NCBI RefSeq assembly: GCF_006345805.1
Contig: NW_021834662.1
Span: 1-64,000 of the forward strand
Reading direction: 5' to 3'
Source: Octopus sinensis
Lineage: Eukaryota
DNA length: 64,000 bases
Shown here in pieces: positions 11,772 through 25,727 of this stretch. A model generated the notes under the pieces. The model was not told the DNA's origin. It worked only from the letters and a program-made list of their open reading frames with translations, and ran no database searches. Within the stretch, counting starts at the first letter, position 1. The number at the start of each line of letters is the position of its first letter. The translations under genes and the position numbers were made by a program.

Positions 11772-11880
11772 TCAGTCCTACGGCGCGCTACATTGGGCAG
11801 GTGTCTTCTGCTATAGCCCCGGGACAACTAATGGCCTGTGAGTGGATTTCATAGGTGGAAACTTTGTGGAAGCCCGTCGT
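11772..11880 (+). mobile_element. SINE family B head fragment
   Basis: TTGGGCAGGTGTCTTCTGCTATAGCCCCGGG...GTGAGTGGATTT...GAAGCCCGTCGT. Confidence 0.75.
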
Positions 11881-12009
11881 CTCTTCCCCTTGTCTTTTAT
11901 TTCATTCCATGTGTGGGTTTGTCTGCGACTTTACCTATTGACCTATTCAGTAACGAAATCCCGCCAACAGATTTGTAGAAACATTAAAGCTTCCGAGAAT
12001 AAGTCGGTA

Positions 12010-12600
12010 AACCGGCAGAATTATTAGCATGCCGGGCTAGCAATGTTTCTTGCAAGTTTACGTTCGGAGTTCAAACTCTGCTGAGGTCGAGTTTGCCTTT
12101 CATCCCTTGGAGGTCAATAAAATAGATACCATACGAGTAATGAGGTCAGTTTAATCGATACATCCACCCATCAATCTTGCTGGCATTGTGCCAAAATTCG
12201 AAAGCATTCCTGTTATTATTATTTTTATTAAGGTGAGCTGGCAGAAACGTTAGCACGCCGGGCAATATGCTTTGCGGTATTTTTTCTGCCGTTACGTTCT
12301 GAGTTCAAATTCCGACTTTGCCTTTCATCCTTTCGGGGTCGATTAAATAAGTACCAGTTACGCACTGGGGTCGGTATAATCAACTAAATCCGTTTGTCTG
12401 TCATTGTTTGTCCTCTCTGTGTTTAGCCCCTTGTGAGTAGTAAAGAAATAGGTATTTCGTCCGTATTCACGTTCTAAGGTCTAATTCCACCGAGGTCGGC
12501 TTTCGTATATTTCGGCGTCGATGAAATAAGTAGCAGTCGAGTACTGGAGTTGATGTTATCGACTTACCCACTCCACCGAAATTGCTGGCCTTCAACCAAA
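12010..12600 (+). mobile_element. Cluster of three tRNA-derived SINE family A copies (partial, full at ~12232-12465, partial)
   Basis: Head GAGCTGGCAGAAACGTTAGCACGCCGGG, B-box GAGTTCAAATTCC, central GACTTTGCCTTTCATCCTTTCGGGGTCGAT..AAGTACCAG. Confidence 0.85.
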
Positions 12601-12609
12601 ATTATTATC

Positions 12610-12924
12610 ATAGAAGTCATCGTACAATATCTAATATTGTAATGTTGTAGATTGAAGAAATTGTATCAACCGGGGGTTTGCACTACTTGTCAAGTCACAA
12701 CAAGGACCTCAGACAGACAGTAATTTATGCAGTGTGCGTGCAGTTCCTATAAAGTTTCCAGATGTTTCTTCACCTTGGCTGGCATTGAAGTCAATGTTCC
12801 GATGACAACAGAGACAGCCTTTATGTTTAATTCTCGTAGCTGGCATATCTTAGCGATCTCAATTCTCAGGTCTGCATATTTGTCAACCTTTTCTTTCATG
12901 ATAATATGTTGATCTCTTCGCACT
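12610..12924 (-). mobile_element. R4/Dong-clade non-LTR retrotransposon 3' fragment (restriction-like endonuclease C-terminus)
   Basis: KEKVDKYADLRIEIAKICQL...KAVSVVIGTLTSMPAKVKKHLETL, typical of R4/NeSL-type RLE domains; abuts an (AAT)n array. Confidence 0.75.
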
Positions 12925-12925
12925 A

Positions 12926-13358
<433 letters not shown>

Positions 13359-13920
13359 TGAGTGAGAGAGAGCAGTGCATGCCATCAAAGGAACACTGGT
13401 GTAAAATAAACGAGGCCCAGTATACCCATGATGACTACTCGTCTGCTAAGGGTACACTAGGTACATGCATCACAACAATATGTGCGCAACATGGTGATCT
13501 CATATCAAGATAAACAGCACATGACTTTGCAAGTGGGGCCCAGTTAGAATTTTCTTCTGGTCGAGTAACCCATCCCGCTCAAAAAGTTCCTGAATAAGGT
13601 TTGTTTAAGTATGATGAATGAAACACCCATATTTCCAGAGGTGGATTATTCAAACCCCAAAGAATTCCTGTCAACACATGGGTATAATGCTCCCTAACTA
13701 CTTCTGCTCGTGATAAGAGATGCACGTTTCGTTAGTCACTAAGAGACATGCTCAACTGGTTAAGGTCAAACAACTGACAAGCAAGTCTGTGGTATTGAGC
13801 AGAATATTTGCTGTAGATCACCTTTTATACCAAGACAAAATAATGTACATGATAACACTTCCAATCAGTTAAGATCAGAAGCCATGAGAGCCACTGCCTG
13901 GTACTGCATCAGGGCATTTA
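13359..13920 (-). mobile_element. ~560-bp non-coding interspersed element embedded in (AAT)n
   Basis: Reverse-complement copy of 31612-32168 with identical termini; both copies flanked by AAT repeats on both sides. Confidence 0.8.
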
Positions 13921-14006
13921 TTATCATTATTATTAATATTCTTCTTCTTCTTCTTCTTCTTCTTCTTCTTGTTCTTGTTCTTGTTCTTGTTCTTGTTCTT
14001 GTTCTT

Positions 14007-14037
<31 letters not shown>

Positions 14038-14139
14038 TCTTCTTCTCCTCCTCCTCCTCCTCCTCATTCTTTTTCTTCTTCTTTTTCTTCTTCTTCTTCA
14101 TCTTCTTCTTCTTCTATTATTATTATTATTGTTGTTGTT

Positions 14140-14225
14140 GTTATATGAGTGACTTTTGCTTTATATTTGTACAATTTGACTCCAAGTCTCACCCAGAGAC
14201 CTCAAGAGACAACAAATTAGGTTAT
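14140..14225 (-). mobile_element. Probable R4/Dong 3' tip
   Basis: Revcomp TCTCTTGAGGTCTCTGGGTGAGACTTGGAGTCAAATTGTACAAAT between (AAT)n/(AAC)n tracts; family assignment from context and recall. Confidence 0.45.
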
Positions 14226-14239
14226 TATTATTATTATTA

Positions 14240-14271
<32 letters not shown>

Positions 14272-14279
14272 GGTAAGAC

Positions 14280-14442
14280 ATATTCCTAGTTGGAACGCTT
14301 GATTATATTTATGTTCAACCGGTACTTACCAGGGGTTAAACAACAACAGCAGCAGCAGCAATAACAACACTAACCATATACGATACACTCGAACCTTGTC
14401 AAAACCTGTTTACCCTAAACTACACCCTGTTTCACCACAAAC

Positions 14443-14477
<35 letters not shown>

Positions 14478-14740
14478 CACATACAGACGCACTTTACCCT
14501 ACCTATTTCGTATCTGCATATCTACCCTGACCCCGCACTCATACCGACCCCATACTCCTCTACACACCCGACAACTCGTCACACACCCCGTACACAACAA
14601 ACGTGTATCTCTATTAGTTGATTAACTACTTACGTCGAAGATTGGAAGAGCAAACACCTTAAATACACAGAAAGTATTGACGAAACCACTAGAACTACGT
14701 TAAAGAGGGGCGACGTTCTTTAACCCCTACCGCCACTCTC
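14280..14740 (+). mobile_element. Degenerate PLE 3' end with C-rich UTR
   Basis: GGT ACT TAC CAG GGG TTA AAC (GTYQGLN) resembles the PLE ORF end; the C-rich UTR resembles 27.6-28.3 kb. Confidence 0.35.
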
Positions 14741-15000
14741 ACCATCATCGTCAGCACCACCACCACCATCACTAACCACTCACCACCACCACTGCAATTA
14801 CACCACTATCACAACTACCATCACAGCTACGACAACCTCCGCCATTAACAGTAACAGCAACATCGCCGCCGCCACAACCACCTCCATCACCATCGCTGCC
14901 ACCGGCGCCACCTCGACGATCTTCACCATCGCCATCATCATTACTTCGACATAGCTCCGTCGGTGTAATGGAGAACCTCAAACGTCGCATGTATGTATAG

Positions 15001-15451
15001 GCGCGGGAGTGGCTGTGTGGTAAGTACCTAGCTTACCAACCACCTGGTCACGGGTTCAGTCGCACTGCGTGGCACCTTGGGCAAGTATCTTCTACTATTG
15101 CCTCGAGCCGACCAAAGCCTTGTGAGTGATTTTGTTAGACGGAAACTGAAAGAAGCCCGTCGTATATAAGTATACATTTGTATATGTATGTGTGTGTGTG
15201 TGTGTGTGTATGTGTGTGTGTGTGTGTGTGTTTGTATGTTTGTGTGTTCGTCTTCCCAACGTCGCTTGACAACCGATGCTGGTATGTTTACGGCCCCGTA
15301 ACTTAGCGGTTCGGCAAAAGAGACCGATAGAATATGTACTAGGCTTACAAAATAATAAGCCCTGGGGTCGATTTGCTCGCCTAAAGGCGATGCTCCAGCA
15401 TGGCAGTAGTCAAATGACTGAAACTAGTAAAAGAGTAAAAGAGTAAAGAGC
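15001..15451 (+). mobile_element. tRNA-derived SINE family B, full length
   Basis: A-box-like GTGGCTGTGTGGTAAG, B-box GGGTTCAGTCGC, internal (TA)/(GT)n, tail CAAATGACTGAAACTAGTAAAAGAGTAAAAGAGT. Confidence 0.9.
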
Positions 15452-15471
15452 ATGTATGTATGTACGTACAT

Positions 15472-15880
15472 ACGAGTTGCGTTTAAAAATTACCCGACTT
15501 TCCTTTTCGCTAATGCCCCGTGTGAAAAATCTCTTGGGTGGGCGATAACGCCACCTTTTCTGCGCATGCACGAAACCTTTCGCGCCGAAGGCCGTGTCAG
15601 TAACCGGCTGTTACGCCTGGAGTACAGACGTGCAGTGCGCGCTCGTTGGACTATCGCTGGGAAGTGACATTGCATCAAGTTTGGTTATACTCAAGCTGAA
15701 AGACTGCAGGCTGCAAAGGTGCTACGAATGTGAGAGTTTCAACAACATTTGAGTTAAAAAGTATAATAATTAGATAGGGTGTGAGCCCGGATTCTGCATG
15801 AGAAATAATGCATCATTCCCTATTACTAAAATGACAACAATGTGCGAGTGACACATTGGTTGGGGTTTCTGAGTCAGTTC
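15472..15880 (+). mobile_element. Possible degenerate mariner 5' fragment
   Basis: Starts TA-CGAGTTGCGTTTAAAAATTACCCGAC (mariner-TIR-like); CIKFGYTQAE resembles a mariner N-terminus; no second TIR seen. Confidence 0.35.
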
Positions 15881-15884
15881 CCTT

Positions 15885-16057
15885 TTTACATTGATATTTC
15901 TGTGATACACGATCCCTATAGATCGACTTTTTTTTTCCACAATCCCTTTTGATCGAAATTCGACTCACTTTTTTTTCTCTTTTTCTTCACAAAAAGAAAA
16001 GCTCTACTTTGTATTTTGTCCCCCCTGTGTTCAGCCCTGTGTGGCCAATAAAGAAAC
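15885..16057 (+). mobile_element. Tx1-like LINE 3' UTR fragment
   Basis: Matches the 3' UTR at 17385-17594; ends AATAAAGAAAC joined to (TATC)n. Confidence 0.85.
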
Positions 16058-17594
<1,537 letters not shown>

Positions 17595-17617
17595 ATATAT
17601 ATATATATATATATATA

Positions 17618-17815
17618 GTAAATCCCAAAAAGAGCAAACAAAAACAAAACAAAGCGAGTGCGCGGTACATGCAATGTATTTGCAGACGCTCAGGGAAGGT
17701 AAGAAATAGGGTTTAACGTTTCGAGCAGACGCTCTTCTTCGGAAAGAGAGAAAAGACCAATAGAAGGGAAGGCGGGGGAAGAAAATCGTCAACGATACGC
17801 ATGTGGTTACCAAAT
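17618..17815 (-). mobile_element. Solo Penelope-type terminal repeat, family A related subfamily
   Basis: Diverged homolog of 2170-2386 on the minus strand. Confidence 0.7.
17711..17746 (-). ncRNA. Minimal type I hammerhead motif (U4C variant)
   Basis: Revcomp CUUU-CCGAAGA-A-GAGC-gucu-GCUC-GAAA-CG-UU-AAAC. Confidence 0.65.
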
Positions 17816-17935
17816 ATAGATAAATGCATACACACATACACACACAAACATAAATTCATGCACACCTATACACACATACATGCCAACACACATATATATG
17901 ACTTTTAAGAAACAAAGAGTGACAGATAGTTGGAG

Positions 17936-17975
17936 CTATCTGATGAAGGTAAAAACCGAAACTTCGAAGTGACTT
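17936..17975 (+). ncRNA. Decayed hammerhead motif
   Basis: CUGAUGA-A-GGU-aaaa-ACC-GAAA-CUUCGAAG-U: intact core and palindromic stem III, but G at position 17 and no helix I partner. Confidence 0.45.
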
Positions 17976-18099
17976 TTAACTTTTTCCTTGTAGAAAATAA
18001 AATATGATAATCTACCAAAAGATATTGAGTGATTCTATAGTTTGTTTGACTGATTTTATGTGTAGCTCTGCGTCGGTACACAAGAATAAACCATATACA

Positions 18100-18705
18100 C
18101 ACACACACACTCGCATATACATACATCGCGCGCACGCACACGCACACACACACTGACTCGCATATACATACATCGAGCACACAGACAAACAGATGCACAT
18201 ACACACATACACTGTCATATATACACATATACATACATCCCTCTCTCTCACACACACAAATTCTCGCATATACATACATCGGGCGCACAGACACACTGAT
18301 ACACATACACACATACACTGTCATATATACATATACATACACCACGCGCACGCATACGAGCGCACACACACACTCGCATATACATACATCCCTCACTCAC
18401 AAACACACAAAACTCGCATATATATACATCGCGCACACATAAACACAGATACACACACTCGCATATACATACATCACGCGCACAGACACACAGATACACA
18501 TACACACACACTGTCATATACACATATATAAAAATATCGCGCACATATACACGCACACACACACACTTGCATATATATATATACATCACGCACACAGACA
18601 CGCAGATACACATACTAGCACACAAACGCATACACACACACTGTCACATATATACACATCGCTCACACACACACACACACTCACACACACACATTCACAC
18701 ACATA

Positions 18706-18750
<45 letters not shown>
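18100..18750. repeat. Compound CA/TA-derived minisatellite
   Basis: Recurrent CTCGCATATACATACATC and CACTGTCATAT blocks. Confidence 0.85.
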
Positions 18751-18899
18751 ATTTGCACCAATAGTTTATCCATGCATAGCAGTGCATCGACACTTGATTT
18801 GTGTCTCCCTGTAATTTCCAATTTTATTGCCGCCTTGGGTGGTTTACTCACACACTAACCGAGATTACAATGCTACCCGCCGCGAACGGAACGTCGCTC

Positions 18900-19097
18900 C
18901 GCTACAGGCCTCAAGGCCTGCCATTTGGGAGGGGAGAGGACAAATGGATTTCGTCACTGGTATTATTTTACTTTACCAACCCCGAAAGAATAACAGGTAA
19001 AGGTAATCTTGACAGGATTTAAGATCGGAACGTAAAGACCCAGAAAATATACCGCTAAGCATTTTGTCCGACGCACTAAGGATTCCGCCAGCTCACC
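18900..19097 (-). mobile_element. SINE family A-like copy with a different 3' region
   Basis: Revcomp head GGTGAGCTGGCGGAATCCTTAGTGCGTCGGACAAAATGCTTAGCGG. Confidence 0.7.
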
Positions 19098-19237
19098 ACT
19101 TTCGATGTGTGTAATAAGGAATGTAAACTAATCTTCTATGAAATATGATTCTGTGATTCTTTGTTCAAGACTTGCCATTTTGGTTCAGTTGTTCTCTGCT
19201 CCGTCGGGGTATTTTGCTTTTCTTTTTTTTTTATTTG

Positions 19238-19500
19238 TTTCGGTTACTGGCGGACGGCCATGCTGGAACATCACATTAAAAATGGTTAGTCGAACAAATC
19301 GATACCAATACTTAGGTTTTAAAAACTCAAGAACGTAAATAAACCAAGGCCGTTTTTCAAGCGATGGTAGGACAAACACAAAGACGCACGCGCGCGCATG
19401 TATACGACGGGGTTCCAAAAGTTTCCATTTGCCAAATTTATTCACAAGGCTTTAGTCAGGGCTATAGCAGAAGACACTTACCCAAAGTGCCGCGTAGTAC
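19238..19500 (-). mobile_element. SINE family B, degenerate or internally deleted
   Basis: GGCCATGCTGGAAC tail and CACAAGGCTTTAGTCAGGGCTATAGCAGAAGACACTTACCCAA body. Confidence 0.75.
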
Positions 19501-19521
19501 ATATACTGTGTGTATATATAT

Positions 19522-19877
19522 ATCGTGGCACTCCGTCGGTTACGACGACGAAGGTTCCAGTTGATCCGACCAACGGAACAGCCTGCTCGTGAAATTAACG
19601 TGCAAATGGCTCAGCACTCCATAGACACGTGTACCCGTAACGCAGTTCTCGGTGAGATTCAGCGTGACACAGTTGACCCTTTGAAACAGGAAGAAAGAGT
19701 GAGAGAAAGTTGTGGTGAAAGAGTACAGCAGGGTTCGCCGCCACCTCCTGCCGGAGGTCCGTGGATCCTTAGGTGTTTTCGCTTAACAAATACTCAAAAC
19801 GCCCGGTCTGCTAACTGAAACCGCGATCCTACGACCGCGAGTCCACTGCCTTAACTACTGGACCATTGTGCCTCCAC
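19522..19877 (-). mobile_element. tRNA-derived SINE family C
   Basis: Revcomp head GTGGAGGCACAATGGTCCAGTAGTTAAGGCAGTGGACTCGCGGTCGTAGGATCGCGGTTTCAG with A/B-box-like motifs. Confidence 0.8.
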
Positions 19878-19888
19878 ACACACACTCA

Positions 19889-20994
19889 CACCAAACTAGA
19901 ACGCATTCTTTTCCGCTTCTTATGGAAAGGATGCGTCCCGATGGTCAGGCGATCCGTTTGCTGCCAACACCTGTTAAAAGGAGGACTGGGCATGCCATGG
20001 TTGATGATGCGCAGACACGCGCTGAGACTGCGACATCTCAGACTCTACGTAGACGACGTTGAACAGGTGTGGTCGTCGTTTGTGAGGCACGCTTTCCCGC
20101 AGCTCGTCTCCATGACCGAACTGCAGTCGTGGATCAAAAAGAGGCCGAGGAAGGGCGAATGGCACCGCGAGTGTCACGTTGCTCTCAAGCAACTACGCCG
20201 TCCTGGGTCGATTTTGAGTGACTTCAACAGAACCAAAACATTCTGTAGGGGATTAGTGGAGGGGAGGTACGACGACGATTTCGGAACGAACCTGGGCGTC
20301 GACTAGGAATAACTGACCTGACTGTTCAAGACGACTTTCGGGCCAGGACCTATGGACAACTTCCAGAGATCTCTGGCCTGGCAGTGCTACCGAGAAGCGC
20401 TACCCGTTCGGGATAAGCTCTACAGACACGGCTCGAGAAACACGGGACCGACCTCCTCGAGATGCTGTCAGAACGACGAAACCGTTCTGCACGCACTCGT
20501 CTTGTGTCCAGCCATTTCCGACCTGTGGGCTTATGTCGAACGACTGCTATCACGTGTGGGACGAGTCAGTTTATCAACTGAGTCTATCGTGGATATTGTC
20601 GCGCGTCCTTCCTTCAAACGGGAAGGATGTAGCAAGGATGGCACGTATGAATGACAAAGCCAGCTGGAGCATAATCCTATGAACCAAAAAAAAGAAAGGA
20701 AAAAAGAGAGTCACTTGCTGTAATGCTTTTTTCTTTTTTTTTTTGCATGACATTACTGCCCGAGGTTACCGTGGTCTTTTCCGTAGGCTTTTCTTTGTAT
20801 GGATAAACCTAATCTGTTTCCCCTTTTTACACTATGACATTTGTGATACACGATCCCTATTGATCGGCCTTTTTTTTAACGATCCCTTTTCATCGAATTT
20901 CTCCCCCCACCTTTTTTTCCTTCTATTCCCAAAAAGAAAAGCTCTATTTTGTATTTTGTTCCCTCTGAGTTCAGCCCTGTGTGGCCAATAAAGA
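19889..20994 (+). mobile_element. Tx1-like LINE, second 5'-truncated copy with internal deletion
   Basis: Highly similar to 16260-17594; lacks ~170 bp near the ORF end; AATAAA at 20987. Confidence 0.9.
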
Positions 20995-21249
20995 TCTATT
21001 TCTACATGTTTTAATTTATTTCATTTCTCTTAGAAACTAAAAAGTGCTCAGCCTTTGTACACACACGCGCGCGCGCATGCCAGATTGTACGCGCGCGCAC
21101 CCACCCACAGACGTACACACTTTGTGTATGGTCACATCTATATGTATAGGTGTGTGTGTGTCTGTGTATGTGTGTGTACACGCATATATTAGTAAACCGA
21201 AAGATCACTGGTCTACAGCTGTTACCAGTTTCCAACATATAACCATCAG

Positions 21250-21474
21250 CGTCGTCGTCGTCGTCGTCGTCATCATCATCATCATCATCATCATCATCAG
21301 CTCTATCAACATTATTTATCATCTCTTATTATCATTTATCATGTTTTCAGCAGTTTTTATGCAAGTCTCCCCTGCACCACCGTCGTCGCCACAACCATCA
21401 CCATTACTAGTTGTATCTATGCGTTACTGCTGTTATCATCATCATCATCATCATCATTATCATCATCATCGTCG

Positions 21475-21524
<50 letters not shown>

Positions 21525-21560
21525 GTGATCGTCATCATCATCAGCATTGTTGTGGTTGTT
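21250..21560. repeat. (CAT)n/(CGT)n microsatellites
   Basis: Direct reading. Confidence 0.95.
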
Positions 21561-21569
21561 GTACTGGGT

Positions 21570-22050
21570 CCTTGTTCTAGATGGAGTAGACGAGATCTTT
21601 GTCACTATGCAGTGCCGTTCATTTCGGGGGTTGGTATAGCTTTCAGTTCCTAAGTTGGTATAACATTCACTTTCATGGCCTACACTGGATCTTCTTTCAA
21701 TTTCAAGATCGATGTCCTTGAATGTTTCGGTCCCCACGTTCGTGCGATTTTATATTCTGAAGGAATCAATTGTGATTTTAGTTACATTCTTTGATAACTA
21801 CATCTAAATATTTTGTCTTGATCTCTTTGTCAGCCTGGACAAGTATGCTCCATATTTCGCGCATGATTCCGGTTTGTAGAACTTGTCCTGATGAATTTCC
21901 CAGTTGATGTAGCTGCGCTTTGATTGTTTCTGGGAAAATACTCGAAGTTGGTAAGAAATAAGCAACCGGAAATGATGTGGTCAGGCGTTGCGTAAAATAA
22001 GTGCCAAACGCAGTACATGACGACAGGGACACAACTTGTCCAGGCGCACA
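21570..22050 (-). mobile_element. R4/Dong-clade fragment (CCHC knuckle and RLE region), degenerate
   Basis: TPDHIISGC..L...EY..RNNQ.A / YINWEI (CCHC region) and DLEIE...MKVNVIP (RLE C-terminus) in shifted frames. Confidence 0.7.
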
Positions 22051-22059
22051 CGCACACAC

Positions 22060-22212
22060 ACGCTCACATACACACGCTCACATACACATGCTCACGCACA
22101 CATGCTCACACACACATGCTCACACACACATGCTCACGCACACATGCTCACGCACACATGCTCACACACACATGCTCACGCACACATGCTCACGCACACA
22201 TGCTCACACACA
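22060..22212. repeat. 14-bp minisatellite (CACACATGCTCAC[G/A])n
   Basis: About 9-10 tandem units. Confidence 0.9.
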
Positions 22213-22214
22213 CA

Positions 22215-22662
22215 ATGGTTTCAATTTTTAGCACAAAGCCAGCGAGTTTGGTGGGTGGTAAGTCGATTATATCGATCACCAGTGCTCAGCTGGTGCTTAT
22301 TTCATCAACCCGTAAAAAGATGAAAGGTAAAGTCCACCCCGGTGGTATTTGAACTCAGAAGGTAAAGTTGGCAAATTTACAGCTAAACACATTGTCCGGC
22401 ATGGTAACAATTCTGCCAGCTCGCTACCTTTTTCTTTTTCTTTATTGCCCACACGGGGCTAAACATATAGGGGACAAACAAGGACAAACAAAGGGATTAA
22501 GTCGATTACCGATCCCAGTGCGTAACTGGTACTTAATTTATCGACCCCGAAAGGATGAAAGGCAAAGTCGACCTTGGTGGAATTTGAACTCAGACCGTAA
22601 CGGCAGACGAAATACCGCTAAGAATTTCGCCCAGGATGCTAACGTTTGTGCCAGCTCGCTAC
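22215..22662 (-). mobile_element. Two SINE family A copies (partial and full)
   Basis: GACCCCGAAAGGATGAAAGGCAAAGTCGACC and head ...AACGTTTGTGCCAGCTCGC. Confidence 0.85.
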
Positions 22663-23471
22663 CTATCGAGGCAAAAATATTGAAATTCAGCCATCAAAGA
22701 ATTTAACGAAAATAATTATTGATTCCTTCTATGCAAAACATTACCCGAGAGGAAATACAGAAAAATTCATCCATTGTAGTAGTAAGAATTACAATGTCTA
22801 CATTAATGTTAGCTGCATTTTTTTCATTATTTTATTTTTGTAATTATTATTGATAATTATCTTAGGCGGCTAATGTCGGGTTTTTTATATTCTGCTTTTA
22901 GTCCACGGATAATGAACCAATGTGGGTTTCAGTTGGGACTAAAAACTTTCTGCCGAGTCAGGTAGAATATTGGTAGAAGAATACTATCTCTCTCTCTCAT
23001 CTCTCTCTCATCTCTCCCTCTCTCTTTCTCTCTCTCTCTCTAATTCTTCAATATAATTTGGAAACCTGGTTTGTTTTTGAATTCTGTCTTCTCAATCATT
23101 TCTCTTCTTTTGTCTGTCTAAATCTTTCTCAAATGAATTGTTAGTTTCTATTAAAAATTATTTCTTTTTCACACGAAGAGAAACGCATACATACATACAT
23201 ACATACATACATACATACATACATACATACATACATACATTGATACAGCCTCTACATATTCGTTTCTGCGCATGTGTGCGCGTTTGTATTTGCGTGTTAC
23301 AGTTCATAGCTCTTCAGAGTTTTAGCCGAATTGATCAGTTTGGCCATGTCGAAGAGAACTGGCCGGACTGGTCAGTTCGACTTTATCTCCTCTTTATCGT
23401 CGTTAGGATATAATTGATCAAGTTTACTCAAAACAAGAATTGCATTGTGGGTATTGAGTGCTTGAACGCAC

Positions 23472-23503
<32 letters not shown>

Positions 23504-23631
23504 CACAATCACAAGCACAAACACGCTCGCACACATGTAAAGTATAAGGTCACGGAGTAAGTGAGGTAAATATAAATCTACTTTAACAATATGTGTGTGT
23601 ATATATACATATATTATACATATTACATACA

Positions 23632-23681
<50 letters not shown>

Positions 23682-23855
23682 CTATATATGTGTGTGTGTG
23701 TGGGGGGGGTTATGTGTGGAGTGTGTGTGTGTGTATGTGTATGTATGTATGTATACATATATATGTATATATATATATATATATACATACATACATACAT
23801 GCATACATACATATATATATTTATATGTATACATAATATGTGCATATATATATAT

Positions 23856-23893
<38 letters not shown>

Positions 23894-24259
23894 GATAATA
23901 TATAGAGAGAGAGAGAGAGAGAGGAGAGAGAGAATGTGTGATATTCATACGTACACACATTTGCCTGCGTGTTTGTGTGTATATGTGCGCATGCGTGTAT
24001 GAATAATCATAAAAAGTGTATATGTGTGCTTGTGTATGTGTGTCTATGAAAAAGCGTGCTTATCCCCAGCTGTTGCATTCTAATTTATACATACATGTGT
24101 AGATAATAGATTACGACTAATGTCTAGTAAAGAATTGATGATGCCTGGGCCGAAGAGGAAGTGAGAGGCAACAAACAGAAATATGATTGTCTCTGTTTTA
24201 CATTTAGACATAGAGACACGTTGACATTATATACACAGACACGTGTATATAAATATCTA

Positions 24260-24424
24260 TAGGTGAAGTTGTGGGTGTGTGGTAAGAAGCTTGCTTTCCA
24301 ACCACCTGGTTCCGGGTTCAGTACCACTACGTGGCACCTTCGGCAGGTATCTTTTACGATAGCCTCAGGCCGACCAAAACCTTGTGAGTGGATTTGGTTG
24401 ACGGAAACTGAAAGAAGCCCGTCG

Positions 24425-24490
<66 letters not shown>

Positions 24491-24725
24491 ATATGTATGT
24501 ATATACATATATATCTGTGTGTGTTTGTGTCTATGTTTGCCCTCTCCCCATTTGACAAGCGGTGGCAGTGTGTTTACGTTTCCGTGAACTAGCGGTTCGG
24601 CAAAAGAACCGATAGATAAGTTCCAGGCTTAAACAAAAATGGAGCCGATTCGTTCGACTAAAATTCTTGAAGGTGGTGCACCAGCTTGGCCGCAGTTTAA
24701 TGCCTGAAATTAATGAGGGATAAAA
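24260..24725 (+). mobile_element. SINE family B, full length
   Basis: Head, internal (TA)n and tail as at 15001-15451. Confidence 0.88.
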
Positions 24726-25727
24726 TATAGTCGTGGTTGTACTATTTTCGGTGTAGTCTGAGCTTTGAGATCTTTATGGAATCATCGCCACGAAAACTTT
24801 GAAAGGAATCACTCATTGTTGAATATCTCATCCACATATTTTCTTTTTGAGAAAATTGAATATCATTGCAATTAATTGCACTTGACATGTCTTAAGAACA
24901 TCTTTAAGAAGTTTACAGTAACAAAAATGTAAATTTGTAAACGCAAAGTAGTTATAATACAAATAAAACATCGATTCGTTATTTAAGAACGGAACCCGTA
25001 GAAATTGCTCGTTTTATAAATGTTCTCACTTCTATCATCGTGTTTGAATTTATAGATTTTCATTATAATGTTGTATAACGTTGTTGTATTCTTCATTTTT
25101 GATTATATCTTCAATTTTGTTCCATAGAGTAACCTTCCAACTCATTCTATTTGATTATATCTCAGATTTCCTTCCATAGTTGAGCATGTGTTGTGTTTTG
25201 CTATGAATCATCTTTATAGTCAAGATTTCGTTCCGTGGTAAAGATTATTCGAAGTGTGGTACTCGACCACATAGCATGAGACGCTGAGTAATATTGAAGT
25301 TGTAAATACGTGATATTGTAAAGTAAACAGCACGTAAATTAAATTTAATCTGTCATTCGATTTTAAAGTTAAATATAATAAAAGGAAGACAACAGCTAAT
25401 CAAAATTCAAATTTATATCGTGAAATAAAAGACACCAAAATTCCGTTTGAATTCCAGGGTTCCATTAATGAAGGTATTTAGTGATAATTCTTGTTATTGG
25501 ACCAATTAAAAGTCAAACCCCGTCGTGCGTGCGTGTGTATGTGTGTGTGAGTGTGTATGTGTGTGTGTGAGTGTGTATTGTGTGTCTGTGTGTATGTGTA
25601 TGCATGCATGCATATATATTTATATATATACATATATATAGATATACACATATATACATATATATAAATACACATATATATATATATATACCTACATATA
25701 TATATATATACAAAGTAATTGATGTAA

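Noticed and set aside
15001-15075. tRNA genes at SINE heads (also 19800-19877, 50885, 53829, 60103)
   Set aside because: A/B boxes are present but there is no complete cloverleaf, and each continues into a SINE body
22060-22212. CRISPR-like array
   Set aside because: Head-to-tail minisatellite without unique spacers, in a eukaryotic context
23349-23382. UCGAAGA followed by a perfect 9-bp hairpin GAACUGGCC/GGUCAGUUC
   Set aside because: Followed by GACU rather than GAAA, with no helix I or III; at most a very decayed hammerhead
25085-25250. Three degenerate ~45-55-bp repeats; minus strand reads LYHGTK (ADP-ribosyltransferase-like motif)
   Set aside because: Surrounded by stops and only 6 residues match; probably chance or decayed tandem repeat
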